DNA of 64,000 bases from Eledone cirrhosa. Taxonomy: Eukaryota. A program made the translations under genes and the position numbers. The notes beneath the pieces were generated by a model, which did no database searches, had not been told where the DNA came from, and worked only from the letters and a program-made list of their open reading frames with translations. This document shows positions 12,438 through 25,738 of this stretch, one piece after another. The first letter of the stretch is position 1; every line of letters begins with the position of its first letter. The DNA is taken from contig OZ024740.1 of NCBI GenBank assembly GCA_964016885.1, forward strand, positions 326,926,001 to 326,990,000, written 5' to 3'.

Positions 12438-14203
12438 TTGTACTTATCTTATTTCGTATGTGTCACTACTTAATCTTACATCCATGACATTTGCTAAAAG
12501 TTTAACGACTACGAATTCTACTATATGTTCTGTTTCGATGAAAGGTCAATTTGAAACCTATCAGAAAAAAAGAATTGTCCCAAAATTACTCTGATTTATC
12601 CCATTATATGAATGAAATATGTGTGATAGTGTTTGACATTAAAACAACTTTGATCACGTCGCGTAAACTATCTTACTCATTTCATTCTCCTAAATAATCA
12701 GAAATCAATCTTCAAAAATCAATTGCTCTAATTTATATAGGGTAACAGCTCATGGCTAGTCATGAATGTTTGCGTACTCCGTTCCTGGTTGTTTGATAGC
12801 TATTTCACTCCTCGCATGTTGTCACTGCGTTTGCACAATGCTATGAACATCACATGGGATCATTTCAGCTTCCTGAAATTGTACATTCCTCTGTTTAGTA
12901 AAAAGAAAACCAGAATTCGTAAACATTTACAATGTATAGCTGATGACGCGTCAAGGCACGTGTGTCTTCTAATCACGAATGACACCAACCATATGAGACT
13001 AAGAGAATTAACTGCGTCGGCATCACCACTCTGAAAAGATGCTGTCTTTTCTTATCTGATTTATGTACTAAAAACACCCTTTTTTTTCTTTCTCACATAA
13101 TTTTTATTTGTTGTAGACCAACAACTTATATTGATTCCTCTTCTATTATAATGCAGATGATTCCATAACTGTATTCAATTTGAAATCACACCTAGTAATT
13201 TTCTGAACGCTGACGTACATCTCTTTAATCATATCACCAAGTAAACAGTCAAATATGTGTGTGCGCATGTCAGTATGTGTGTATGTGTATGTGTGTGCGT
13301 GTATCTGCGTATGTGTATGTAAGTATGTGCGTGCGTGTGTGTATGTGTGTGTGTCTATATGTGTGTATGTGTATGTGTGTGTGCATGTGTGTGTTTTCAT
13401 CAGTATCCTAATACCGGAGCTGCTCTGTTTCCATGACAAAACCTTGTGACGACCTTGCATCAGGAGTACAACACTTATAAATGTTCCGGGTGGAACACAA
13501 TGCTGAGTCTGGTTATCTCGGTTATTTCAGTTCAAGAGAGAAATTGCGCCCGTTCAATGACTCTCATCCATTAGACACTCAGGATGATCATTGATTGATA
13601 TATATTTCTCATAACAATACATCACTAATATAAGCTCATTGGTGATATGGATATGGATCAAGTCGTAATTATGTAATAACGATATTTGTGACACCCCTAG
13701 CCGTATAAAGAATTTAATCGATTCACGCATAAACGTAAGGTCTGAGATGTTTTATGAGAAGGTTTTAAAATCGGACATTTTGGCAGTCATGCATTTTAGG
13801 TAATGATGTAAGGGATGGAAAATAGCTTTACCAAGAAACGAAACTTGTTTGCTTAGTTTGGTATATTTGGAAACCATTTTATAACGGTCGATTCAATAAT
13901 GATTTCTTACACTGACAGAAAGTCGATTTGGGGTCTTTGATATCTCTAATTATAAGTGCTCTTTTCTTATTCCGGTAGAAGATCTATATTTTATCTGACG
14001 AGATCTAAATGTAGTAAAAAGAAGTATTGATACTGAAATCAGCAGACATCACTGAAATGAATGTAGCATATGTGAATACGAATGAAAATACTAAGACATT
14101 GGGGGAATGGTACTATTTCTACCGGTTCCAGAGGAATGAAAGCAAGTAAAGGTTGGCCTGGCAAGATTAAAACTATGAATAAGATTAGACGAAAGGTAAT
14201 ACA

Positions 14204-14383
14204 ATAATTGTTTCTACTTTTGGCACAAGGCCAGCAATTACCCAGTGCATTACTGGTACTTTATTTTATCGACCCCGTAAGGATGAAAGGCAAAGTTAAC
14301 CTCGGCGGGATTTGAACTCAGACCGTAAAGGGACGTAACTGTGCTAGAAAGCATGGCGTCCAACCCTCTACCGATACTGCCAA
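14204..14383 (-). mobile_element. Nin-core tRNA SINE, full copy (older copy at about 14455-14590)
   Basis: A and B boxes plus core, as at 33353. Confidence 0.85.
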
Positions 14384-15789
14384 ATACAATAATGCACTCT
14401 AATTTTTCTGTTACCACACATACTTTTAAACCATAAATAATGGATTTTAACATAGACACAAGGCCTGATAATTATTTTTGTCTTCTTCGGTAGGATGAAT
14501 GACAGGGTTGATTCCGATGGGATTTGAACTCAGAGCGGGAATGAAAGCAAAGAAACATCAGTAGGTATTTTGTCCAACGCTCTACTTTTACTCTCACCCT
14601 ATCAGGCTTCTCAACTAACTACTAATCAAAACCCATTTAAATATTTTATTTCTAAATAGTGTTGTTGTGGAATCGCATTTCCTGTCAAATGCGTAAAAAT
14701 GATAAGTAAATTATTTTTCATATTCATTTAATAGCAAACTTTTTACGATGAATATATTTCTGAAACACAACCTTATTTCATGTCAAATTTGATAAAAATC
14801 ATGAGTTTTCTTCTATACAAATAACACGATATTTTTGTATAAACAAATTATAGAGATAAAAACCTTAATTAAGCAATTAGGTCACCAACAGACTACTCAA
14901 AATTTTAATTGTAACTAAGTAGTTTTTATTGTTCTATTTTAAAATGGATAAAATAAACAATATGTTCTGTTTCAACATGAATGATGTGAGGGCGTAGAAT
15001 TGGAAAAAAGTGTAGATCGCTGGAATTACAAACGAGAATTTGTCATTTAAGTTTCCTTTCTAAATTCAAATCCAAGTGAGTGAGGTTAATTCATTCTTCT
15101 GAGGGGCTGGTTATTGATAATATAAGTACCAGCAATTGACTAGAAATTGAATCAGACGACTATGCTTCATCTCCACTTTCCTATATATATGTGGCTTCGG
15201 GCTAATGTAAGATTTCAATATAAGTAATGAAAGTGAAGAGAGGTTGAAAGAATATATATATATGAATACTTACTTATCTTATCTATATCTCTTTCGAAAG
15301 GCAGTTTTATGAAATTATTTTTCAGCTGAGGTAGTGTGCTTTCAATTTTATTTTCGGCATGTACAAGATGAAATGTCAGCAGTGGAATAAGTAGAGCAAT
15401 AAGCACAAACAGACATACACCCGTACACACACATACATACATACCAACACTAGTGTATTATGCGTTTAATCAACTTCCTTTGTTTGATATAACTAACTAT
15501 GAAGAATGTGTTAATATATCTGCATTTCACGAATATTTCAAATCTCTTATTTGAAGTGTTGATCTTATCTAAAAACAAAACCTTGTCCATAGCATATAGA
15601 CCGCAATCTTAGAATAACTATCACGATTTGTTTTAGTTCAATATTAAAATTAATTCTCTGGTCTTTCAATTTCCTCATGTTAATAGAAAGTAGCGTGGGT
15701 TCCTCTTTTCGTCCGTTTAACAAGATGACATTTGAATGTAGCAGCTGTTTTCGAAAATTCCCATTTTTATTTCTATGCAGTGCTTTGTT

Positions 15790-16012
15790 GCGATGTTATT
15801 ACTATGGCAAAATCATTAGAGCGTCGGATGAAATGTATTTCAGCATTTTCGTCTGGCTCTCTTTGTTCTGGTTTCAAATTCCGCCGATTTTAACTTTGCC
15901 TTTCATCCTTACGGGATCGATAAAATAAAGTACCAGTCAAGTACTGTATCGATTTACTCGACTTCCTCTTCTCCTCAAATTGCTGGCTTTGTACCTAAAT
16001 CAGAAATCCTTA
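15790..16012 (+). mobile_element. Nin-core tRNA SINE, diverged
   Basis: aactttgcctttcatccttacgggatcgataaaataaagtaccag core. Confidence 0.75.
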
Positions 16013-16903
16013 TTACTATTATTAATCAAGTTTATTTTAGCAGAATATATTACTGTGTTTCTATAGCAGTTCTGTTTGAGTGGTCATAAATCTTTGTTTT
16101 TCTAGGTGTATCTTTTATTATCTTCCTTATAATTAGTAGCTTCTAAATAAGTTATGTTTACTGTTGGCTGTGCAACAGTAAGTACTGGTGGTTCTTTTAC
16201 GTTTCAACAATTTTCGTTATTTCTGGTATTAAGAAAGTGCGTGTCAATGGAAGTTAAACATATTTAGCTATATTTATTTTTGTAATTAGAGAGAAAGAGA
16301 GCTTAAACTATGTAGCGTTACGGTTTGTTTTCATATCCGTAGTTTTATGGGGCTAGGGTTTGAAAGATATATCATCATTGAGACCAATTTTCTTTTGGTT
16401 GCTATTGTCATAATTTCCTAAATAAGAGTATATTAAGTGATATAAGGCTCACCGTTTCAAAGCGCCAGCATACACACATAACACATACACACATACGTAC
16501 ACACACACACACACACACATACATACATAAATATATAGATACATACGTATGTACATACATACATACATACATACATACATACATGATAGCTGCAAACTCT
16601 GCTAAGAGTATTGCAATCGCTTGTCAGATTATAGAGTTTGATACACTTTTAGACTACGGCCAGTCACACAAACCCGTAACGTATCCTGAACAAGCAATGC
16701 TTGTGCTTTGAAGGTTTTTTTAAGTGGGGAAAGGCCTTGCAGTCGACCGATCCCATTCTCTGACCATCAAAAACACTACCTGAAAGGAGAACTGGTCAAC
16801 ATCATCGGATGCTTTCGAAGCCGCAGGTTATTCTTTTAGATTTTCTCCATCCTAGAAAGGTGTTTCACTCCTAGGGAAAAAAATACATACATACATACGT
16901 ACA

Positions 16904-16945
<42 letters not shown>

Positions 16946-17421
16946 CATACATACATACCAACATACATGTGCAAGAAGTGTAAGAATACATAACCATAGA
17001 CGTTTGCTTCACACTCACATGGTTTCAAGTTATATCCCATTGTGTAGCATATAGATATAGGGTCTTTTATTCTAGCACCCGATCAACCCAAGCCTTGTGA
17101 GTGAAATTGAGTGGGCAGAAACTGTGTGGAAACCAATCTGATGGATTGTAACAGTAATTAAAAAACACCACTTTTTATGTATTATGTTATATTGATTTGG
17201 CTCAACAGTGGTGTTTGAAGGTGAGAGTGGATAGATTGTAGAGATTATATGTGTGTGTGCATCTACGTGTTGTATATATGTGTCTGAGTGATATATACAC
17301 ATATCGGTGTATATTAAAACATATAAACATATATAATACGTTTATACATGTTTCTATTATACACCTCAATGATGCTGCCGCCAATTATATACATACATAT
17401 ATATATGTATATATATAATAT

Positions 17422-17934
17422 ATATTGTTATACTTTGGGAGGGTCATGTTGCCAATAAGAAACACACGCACCAGTTGATTTCACTTCAATTTATTATAAT
17501 AAATTTATAAATTTAGGAATTTATAAATTTCCGGTTGGTTGGTTGGTTCCACAACCAGATGGTTGTTTATATATTGTCAAAGCTCTTTCGTCACACATTC
17601 TGTAACCTCTTCAGTGACACACAGAAACAAGATGGCGTAGGACAGAACAAAGGAGAGGCACAAAAACAAAGAAAAGAATCCCCAGTCACTGAAGAGGTCA
17701 CATAATGTGTGACGAAAGAACTTTGACAATATATAAACAACCATCTGGTTGTGGAACCAACCAACCTAACCGGAAATTTATAAATTCCTAAATTTATAAA
17801 TTTATTATAATAAATTGTAGCGAAAGCAACTGGTGCGTGTGTTTCTTATTGGCAACATGACCCTCCCAAAGTATAACAATATCGGTTTCAACACACGTTT
17901 TCAGATAAAGAATCTTGCTAAAGAAATTCAGAAA

Positions 17935-17938
<4 letters not shown>
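17422..17938. mobile_element. Fold-back PLE insertion: arms 17422-17618 and 17685-17882, 66-nt spacer, extra 3' tail to 17938, flanked by TA-rich tracts
   Basis: Arms are reverse complements with about 10 differences; each contains an HHR. Confidence 0.85.
17685..17727 (+). ncRNA. Type I hammerhead ribozyme (mirror copy 17576-17618, minus)
   Basis: gtca-CTGAAGA-g-gtcacat.aat.gtgtgac-GAAA-gaac-TT-tgac; one extra nt between A9 and stem II. Confidence 0.75.
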
Positions 17939-17999
<61 letters not shown>

Positions 18000-18001
18000 T
18001 A

Positions 18002-18516
18002 TATAAGTATGTATACGTACATACATATATGTATACGGAGGTACAGTAGTATGTATATACATACATATATATATGTACGTGTGGGTTTACCGAACATTTA
18101 TTATAATGCTCGGTTTGTTTGTAAACAAACAGACCGAATTGTAAGCCGTACAATGTTCGGCAACCATCGTTGCCCTTTTGTTCAACACTGACAAAGTATA
18201 TACTATTCTTATGCATATTAACGGCTGAGCAGCCTAATTTGCATATCGAGTGAGTTAGTCGGCCGGGCGTAACGAAAACGATAATAAACTAGAAACTAGT
18301 TAATCGTTCCTTTGTCAGTGTTGAACAAAAGAGCAACGATGGTTGCTGAACACTGTAGGCTAATAATTCGGGCTGTTTGTTTACAAACAAACCGAGCATT
18401 ATAATAAATGTTCGGTAAACCCATACGTACATATATATATGTATGCATGTATGTATGTATATACATACTACTGTACGTCTGTATACATATATGTATGTAC
18501 GTATACATACTTATAT
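18002..18516. repeat. Inverted repeat (arms about 18002-18196 and 18310-18516), MITE/fold-back-like, no HHR seen
   Basis: gggtttaccgaacatttattataatgctcggtttgtttgtaaacaaacag occurs with its reverse complement. Confidence 0.8.
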
Positions 18517-18564
18517 TTAAGTATCAGCCGTACTAAGAGTGAGAAATGAAATTTCATTTTTTCC

Positions 18565-18599
<35 letters not shown>

Positions 18600-18603
<4 letters not shown>

Positions 18604-18675
18604 AACATGTTCAAGACCCCGACGACAGAGCTCAAGCCGTTTCGACGGCTATGGTTCCCTACCACACTTCCTTCG

Positions 18676-18678
<3 letters not shown>
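18600..18678. mobile_element. Internally deleted copy of the 52935-53133 fold-back element, inside (TA)n
   Basis: gaccccgacgacagagctcaagccgtttcgacggctat joined directly to the ggttcc..cttccttcgtta tail. Confidence 0.75.
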
Positions 18679-18754
<76 letters not shown>

Positions 18755-19764
18755 ATGTATGTATGTAAAATGTAAACAAAAATAATCAGAGAATCGGTAG
18801 AGTATATGGAAGGAATATATTAGGTTAATGCTTGAAATAGCTGGAAGAGGGTCTTAACGTTTAGGTCTTAACGTCATAGGAGTGAAGAGTGCTCTACGTA
18901 AGTACCAGAGCTAAATTTAATGTATAATAAACAATACAATATAATTACCTCATTACCAGAGGTTTCCCGAATAAGACGAATACGAAAAAAGTCCTCATTC
19001 GTTCGTCGGATAAAGCAATTTAAAACATAGTGAAATATTTGAAAAATCTCCTCAAGAAAGGTAAAAGTTTAACGGGCAAAAAATATATATAAATAAAAGT
19101 AATGCAAGAGATATATAAAAATAAAATAAGGAAATATAGTTAGGGTATGTGTATAAATGTGTGTATATTCACTCACAAATGTACATATGTGTGTATGTAC
19201 AAATGCATATGTATAGTGAAATAATGTGAGCGTAAGTATATATCTGAGGGCAAGCATATCAGTGTATGTGTGACCACAAATACGTATATAATATATGTTG
19301 AAAAAGAAATTGTAAGATAATAGAGTTAACGTACATCCAGACTCAGGTACTAAGGATTGAAATATATACACATACAAGTATGAAAGCACGCGTATAAACA
19401 CACACACACGCGCAACCACATACGTGCGAGTGATATATACAGGGAAGGGGTTGTATCAGTCAAAGCAGTGTCAGGCTGAAGGTCGATACATGTATAAAAA
19501 TGAAAAAATGAAAAAATATATGAGAATATAAAATTAAATCAAAGAGAAAGTAAGAGGGAGGGGTTATCAATTATAAAGTAACACTAGAAAAAATAGAAAA
19601 CAAACATAGTTTCGTCATACACATATATATATATATAAATATATATATAAATACGTACAGACAAAACCACATACATGCGTACATACATAGAAAGGCGCGC
19701 ATACATACACACGAAGCACACATATATATATACGTACATGTACATCTAATCACACGCACGCGAC

Positions 19765-19798
<34 letters not shown>

Positions 19799-20300
19799 TA
19801 CACATACATATATATATATACTTATACATATACATATACACATACACACACAGACATATACATAAGTATGTAAAAACCATAGATATAAAAACACACATAC
19901 ACACTCAAATATACACACACACGCCCACATACGAATGCATTCGTATACACACAAGCACGCTCACACGCATAGATACAATATAAAAACCAGCCGTATGAAT
20001 AAACGAGTACAAATTATACGCAAGTAAACATACATAAAGGCGGCTGATAGACAACAGAATATATCTGGAGTTGAAAACGCAAGTGACATGTGATATCAGA
20101 TAGTGAAAGAAAATGGGGAAGTAAAATATGTAAAATTGTGAAGATATAAAGTAAGTGAATCAAAAAGCAGGGAGATAAAGTTAAAAATAAAAATAAAAGT
20201 AAATCAGTAAAATCCAATATTTTTCACTTATGCAGAGTGCGCATCTTCTTGTTCCTCTTGCATATTCTTTAGATTGGTTCAAAATTGACCAATAACCAGA

Positions 20301-20789
20301 GAACATCAAAATTGCTCCTGTAGAATCAAAAGTGAATGCCCATTACAAAGTAAATGCAACACCAAAGCCATTGTATATGCGGCTAAAGTGACAACCTCCA
20401 GCAACAACCTACCAGACACCAGCGAACGATATGTGGGTATGACACAAGACAAATTCAAAACGCGTTATTACTCACATGTTGCATCTTTCCGACACCCTGA
20501 AAAAAGATTTACAACAGCTCTGGCTAGCAGAATATGGGATTTGAAAGACCAAGGTATCCAATATAAATTAGATTGGTCAATTTTGAACCAATCTAAAGAA
20601 TATGCAAGAGGAACAAGAAGATGCGCACTCTGCATAAGTGAAAAATATTGGATTTTACAGAACCTTAAATCACCAAAGTCCTGACTAAATGCAAAAACAG
20701 AACTTTTCACCAGTTGCCCACACATGAAATCACACTTGCTTTCCAGCTCATATAAACTTAACTCACTTTCAGATACTTATCCTCCATAA
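20301..20789 (+). pseudogene. PLE Cys-linker plus GIY-YIG endonuclease (Naiad-like), 5'-truncated, with an in-frame TGA at 20682-20684
   Basis: NCSCRIKSECPLQSKC..IVY..ERYVGMT..FKTRYYSH..TALASRIW.LK..W.I..CALCISEK..*LNAKTELFTSCPH. Confidence 0.88.
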
Positions 20790-22044
20790 ACTCTTGTTCT
20801 TCACTTTCCTTAAATTACCCTCTTTACAGACTTCTCTTTCTGATTTACTTTTATTTTTAACTTTATTTTTACTTCACATCCACCAGTGATCGCCCCCCCC
20901 CCCCTGCTTTTTGATTCACTTACTTTATATCTTCACAAATTTACATATTTTATTTCCCCATTTTCTTTCACTACCTGATATCATTGTCACTTGCGCTTTC
21001 AACTCCAGATATATTCTGTTGTCTCTCAGCCGCCTTTATGTATGTTTACTTGCGTATAATTTGTACTCATTTATTCATACGGCTGGGTTTTATATTGTAC
21101 ATATGCGTGTGAGCGTGCTTCTGTGTGTATGCGTGTTTGTATATGTATACGAATGCATTCGTATGTGGGCGTGTGTGTGTGTATATGTGTGTGTATGTGT
21201 GTTTTTATATCTATGTTTTTTATATACTTATGTATATGTGTGTGTGTGTATATGTATATGTATATGTATATATATGTATGTGTATGTATATGTGTATATA
21301 TATATATAGTCGCGTGCGTGCGTGTGATTAGATGTACATGTACGTATATATATGTGCTTCGTGTGTATGTATGCGCGCCTTTGTATGTATGTACGCATGT
21401 ATGTGGTTTTGTCTGTACATATTTATATATATATTTATATATATGTGTATGACGAAACTATGTTTGTTTTCTATTTTTTCTAGTGTTACTTTATAATTGA
21501 TAACCCCTCTCTCTTACTTTCTCTTTGATTTAATTTTTTATTCTCATATTTTTTCTTTTTTTTCATTTTTATACATTTATCGACCTTCAGCCTGACACTG
21601 CTTTGACTGATACACTCCCTTCCCTGTATATATCACTCGCACGTATGTGGTTGCACGTGTGTGTGTGTTTATACGCGTGCTTTCATACTTGTATGTGTAT
21701 ATATTTCAATCCTTAGTACCTGAGTCTGGATGTACGTTAACTCTATTATCTTACAATTTCTTTTTCAACATATATTATATACGTATTTGTGGTCACACAT
21801 ACACTGATATGCTTGCCCTCAGATATATACTTACGCACACATTATTTCCGTATACACATGCATTTGTACATACACACATATGTACATTTGTGAGTGAATA
21901 TACACACATTTATACACATACCCTAACTATATTTCTTTATTTTATTTTTATATATCTCTTGCATTACTTTTATTTATATATCATTTTGCTCGTTAAACTT
22001 TTGCCTTTCTTGAGGAGATTTTTCAAATATTTCACTATGTTTTA

Positions 22045-22122
22045 AATTGCCTTGTCCGACGAACGAATGAGGACGTTTCTTGTATTCGTCTTATTCAGGA
22101 AACCTCTGGTAATGAGGTAATT
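22045..22122 (+). ncRNA. Variant hammerhead ribozyme with a CCGACGA core (mirror 18943-19020, minus)
   Basis: 11-bp stem I aattgccttgt/atgaggtaatt; CCGACGA at 22056-62; stem II gaatgaggacg..cgtcttattc; GAAA-cc-tct-gg-TA (GUA site, cut after 22111). Confidence 0.75.
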
Positions 22123-22467
22123 ATATTGTATTGTTTATTATACATTAAATTTAGCTCTGGTACTTACATAGAGCACTCTTCACTCCTATGACTTTTTCAA
22201 TTTTCAACGGAAACGTCAATACTTATATATATATATATATAGAATTTGAAGAACAGTTAGATAAAATAAAATATACCCAATAAATAATCATTTAAACGAA
22301 GCTAAGTTTTAAATGTAACTTCGAAGAAATAACAGATAAATGATATAGATTATCCCCCTCGAGGAATAGTCAGATAAAATTTACTCAGTCTTTCTTCTTA
22401 GTCTGTAGAAATTAACTAGACAAATAATCAATTAAACGGAGCTAAGTTTAAAATGTAAGTTTGAAGG

Positions 22468-23028
22468 GAAAATGTTGCTGCTGATCGTAATAAATGGAGA
22501 AAGACTGTATATGAGGGGAAAGTTGCCTTTGAGGCATCTCGAATCGCATACAAGAAAGTAAAGCGGGATGTGAGGAAAGCCATTACTGTTGCATTTCCAG
22601 ACGGCGAAGGTCCTCCTATGGCGCTGACATGCAGCGTCTGTGCGAGACTCTGCTTAAGCAAAGCTGGACTCGAAAGTCATCTTCGCAGTCATAGACAGAG
22701 ACCAGTGGTTGACTATCAGGCTGCTGTTGGAGATACTACTCATCATGCTTGCCAAGCATGTGGTAGAGAATGTAAATCAGCAGGAGGGCTCAAACGACAT
22801 GCAAAAGTACATGAACTCTAACCACAGCCGGCTATTCCCAGTGAATGTGCAAGACATTTTAAATCATTGGCTGGGCTAAAAAGTCAGATTCGATCGCAGC
22901 GCTGTTAATTGTTATCGCGTGTGTGTGTGTGTGTGTGTGTGTAGATATGTTTATGTGTGTGTGTGTGTATATATATATATATGTGTATATTATTATTGTT
23001 GTAGTTGTTGTCGTTATTATTATTGTTG

Positions 23029-23068
<40 letters not shown>

Positions 23069-23130
23069 GTTCTTGTTTTTTTTTTCTTCGTGCAATGGCC
23101 ATACTCGATAATGAGGGGGCAGCCATCATA
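22468..23130 (+). mobile_element. RTE(BovB-like) LINE 3' end with tandem C-terminal C2H2 zinc fingers
   Basis: ENVAADRNKWRKTV..F...R; CSVCARLCLSKAGLESHLRSH; CQACGRECKSAGGLKRHAKVH; third decayed finger ECARHFKSLAGLKSQIRS; 3' end ggccatactcga..ggcagccatcat then (TATG)n. Confidence 0.75.
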
Positions 23131-23559
23131 TACGTATGTATGTATTAATGTATGTATGTATGTTTGTATGTTTAGATGTATGTATGTATGTATGTATGCA
23201 TGTATGTATGTATGTATGCATGTTTGTATGTATGTATGTATGTATGTATGTATGTATGTATGTATGTATGTATGTATGTATGTATATATGTATTCCGGGA
23301 GAGATGACCCCTTAGCCTTTGTCAAGGCAGAATTCTAGGAGAAGGAAAACTCTGATATAACACCTGCAACCCTGATGGTATCCAATGATGTTGACTTGTT
23401 CTTCTTTTTGGTAAATATCATCTTGGTTAAGAGAGTGGGACTGGCTTTGTGCAGTGCCTTTGATCACTATAAAAGCTTCATGGCACAGGCATTGCTTTAT
23501 ATCTGGAGATCTCTCTGCACTTGTCATCACATGGTACCATGGGCCCAGTACTCTGTGTC

Positions 23560-23824
23560 AATAATTGTCACAAGTGTAGTGTTAGTACCAGAGTTTTCAA
23601 GTCGCTGGCTGGACTAAAAAGTCACACTCGTTCAGCGCATCGGTAGGAGTTCTCCTCCATGGATATAAAGTAGTGGCCGTACTCGAAAACGAGTTGGCAG
23701 CCACCATGTATGTATGTATGTATGTATGTATGTATGTATGTATGTATGTATGTATGTATGTATGTATGTATGTATGTATGTATGTATGTATGTATGTATG
23801 TATGTATGTATGTATGTATGTATG
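23560..23824 (+). mobile_element. Second short 3' copy of the same RTE family with a (TATG)n tail
   Basis: HKCSVSTRVFKSLAGLKSHTRSAHR*; ggccgtactcgaaaacgagttggcagccacc then (TATG)n. Confidence 0.75.
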
Positions 23825-24327
23825 TTAAGATATATGTATGTGTATAGCAGTCAGTTTTTAAGTGGAAGACTTAGGCGGTAAGATAAAACTGTTACATGAA
23901 ACAATCCTTAATGATGTTATATTATCAAAGTATTTGTTGAGTTAAATTTTGTGAAATCTAACTATCATCTTGTCTTACAGGTTTTACAAGCTTGGTATAT
24001 ATGATACTGTCTTTCATGCTATAGATTTATCTACGTGCAGCTGTTGTAGTTCTAAATGTTTGTTTATTATTGTTGTTTCTCCCGCCAACAACTAGTCCTT
24101 GACCCCAGAATCAAGGCTGAAGGTAGGAAAGATGAATATATCTTCAAATCGGAGTTTTGATCCAAATATTTGCAACAGAATGATCTCTGTCAAAGCCATC
24201 AAAGTTGGTCAGGAGGCGGTGTTCACCTGAGTGAGTGATAGATTAAGTCTGCCACCCATGTGAGTCATGGGATCACGGCAGGATCTGAACTCAGAACGTA
24301 AGAAGCCGGAAGAAATACTTGACAAAA

Positions 24328-24362
<35 letters not shown>

Positions 24363-24544
24363 AAATAAAGGCTTAAGCTGTAGTGTGGAAAAAAAGATAG
24401 TGCTAGACTACAAGGGTCGGCTGAAACGTTCAAAGGCTGTATATGAAGAAGTGATGCTAGAGCTGTGAAATCTTACATGCATTAATTTCAACTCTTCTTA
24501 TTAATAACTGCATTGTCTTTTTCCAGTGACTATATTGAGAAATA

Positions 24545-25173
24545 GGGCGGTGAATTGGCAGAGTCGCTAGAAAGTCGGCTAGAATGCTTTGTGGTATTCG
24601 TTTCGGCTCTCTGAGTTCAAATCTCGCCGAGGTCAACTTTGCCTTTTATTCTTTCGAGGTCAATAAAAAGTACCAGTCTAGTACTGGGGTCTATTCTTCC
24701 TCTATATCTCTTTCTCACTTCCATTCTCTCTCTCTTTATCTATCCTTCTCAAGAAAACTAGTATCTTTTAATTAGACACAAATTATTTAATAAGAGTCAA
24801 TGAAGGTAAATAATTATTTCTAATTTAGGTACAAGGCCAGCAAATTTGGGATAAGGGAAAGGTTGATTAAAATAATCCCAGTGCTTGACATATACTTTAT
24901 TTTACCGATCCCAGAATGATGAAAGCCAAAGTTTACCCCGGTGTGAGTGATTTGAACTCAGAATGTAAAATTCCAGAACAAAGATCTCAATGGCATTTTG
25001 CCAATACACCACTCTCAGAGAAGCTAAATAATGGTTTCTGATTTAGACACAAGGCCACCAATTTCTAAGGAGGAAAAAGTCGATTAAATCGAAACCAGTG
25101 CGTGATTGGTACTTTATTTTATCGACCCCGTAAGCATGACAGGCAAAGCTAATCTTGGCGGGATTTGAACTCA
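24545..25173. mobile_element. Cluster of three diverged Nin-core SINEs (about 24545-24692 +, 24812-25000 -, 25029-25173 -)
   Basis: B box gagttcaaat and core remnants; boundaries approximate. Confidence 0.7.
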
Positions 25174-25376
25174 AGTGAAACTAAATAATACGAATCATTT
25201 TTAATTACGAAGTGAAACTTGCCTATCGGAAAGGACTAGACGTTTTATCTCCTTTATTATGTCAACGGAAGTCAGACGCAGAGGTGATTAAACGCCCTAT
25301 TACGTATTTATTGACCCAAGCTCGTAACGATGTTTTTATGGAGATAAATTGGGTTTACACAAACACGCACGCACAC

Positions 25377-25468
<92 letters not shown>

Positions 25469-25641
25469 CTGATTTCAAAGATAGACTGAGAAATACACCA
25501 GCTTAAATCTCCCACGACCTTAACAAAATCAATATATATATATAGAAAGAGAGAGAAAAAAAGAGAGATGACTATCTCCCCCCCCCCTCTCTCTCTCTAT
25601 ATATATATATATACATATATAAATATATATACAATCCTCTC

Positions 25642-25738
<97 letters not shown>

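Larger units (their letters stand above)
18873..22225. mobile_element. Large head-to-head inverted Naiad-like PLE insertion (minus arm 18873-20293; plus body 20294-22225)
   Basis: About 1.4-kb arm is the reverse complement of 20572-22192 with internal deletions; plus body encodes a GIY-YIG domain, then a long 3' UTR and HHR, ending at (TA)n. Confidence 0.9.

Noticed and set aside
13985-14075. tattttat-CTGACGA resembling the 10786 HHR 5' half
   Set aside because: Downstream stem II, GAAA and stem I partners do not pair convincingly; at best a decayed copy
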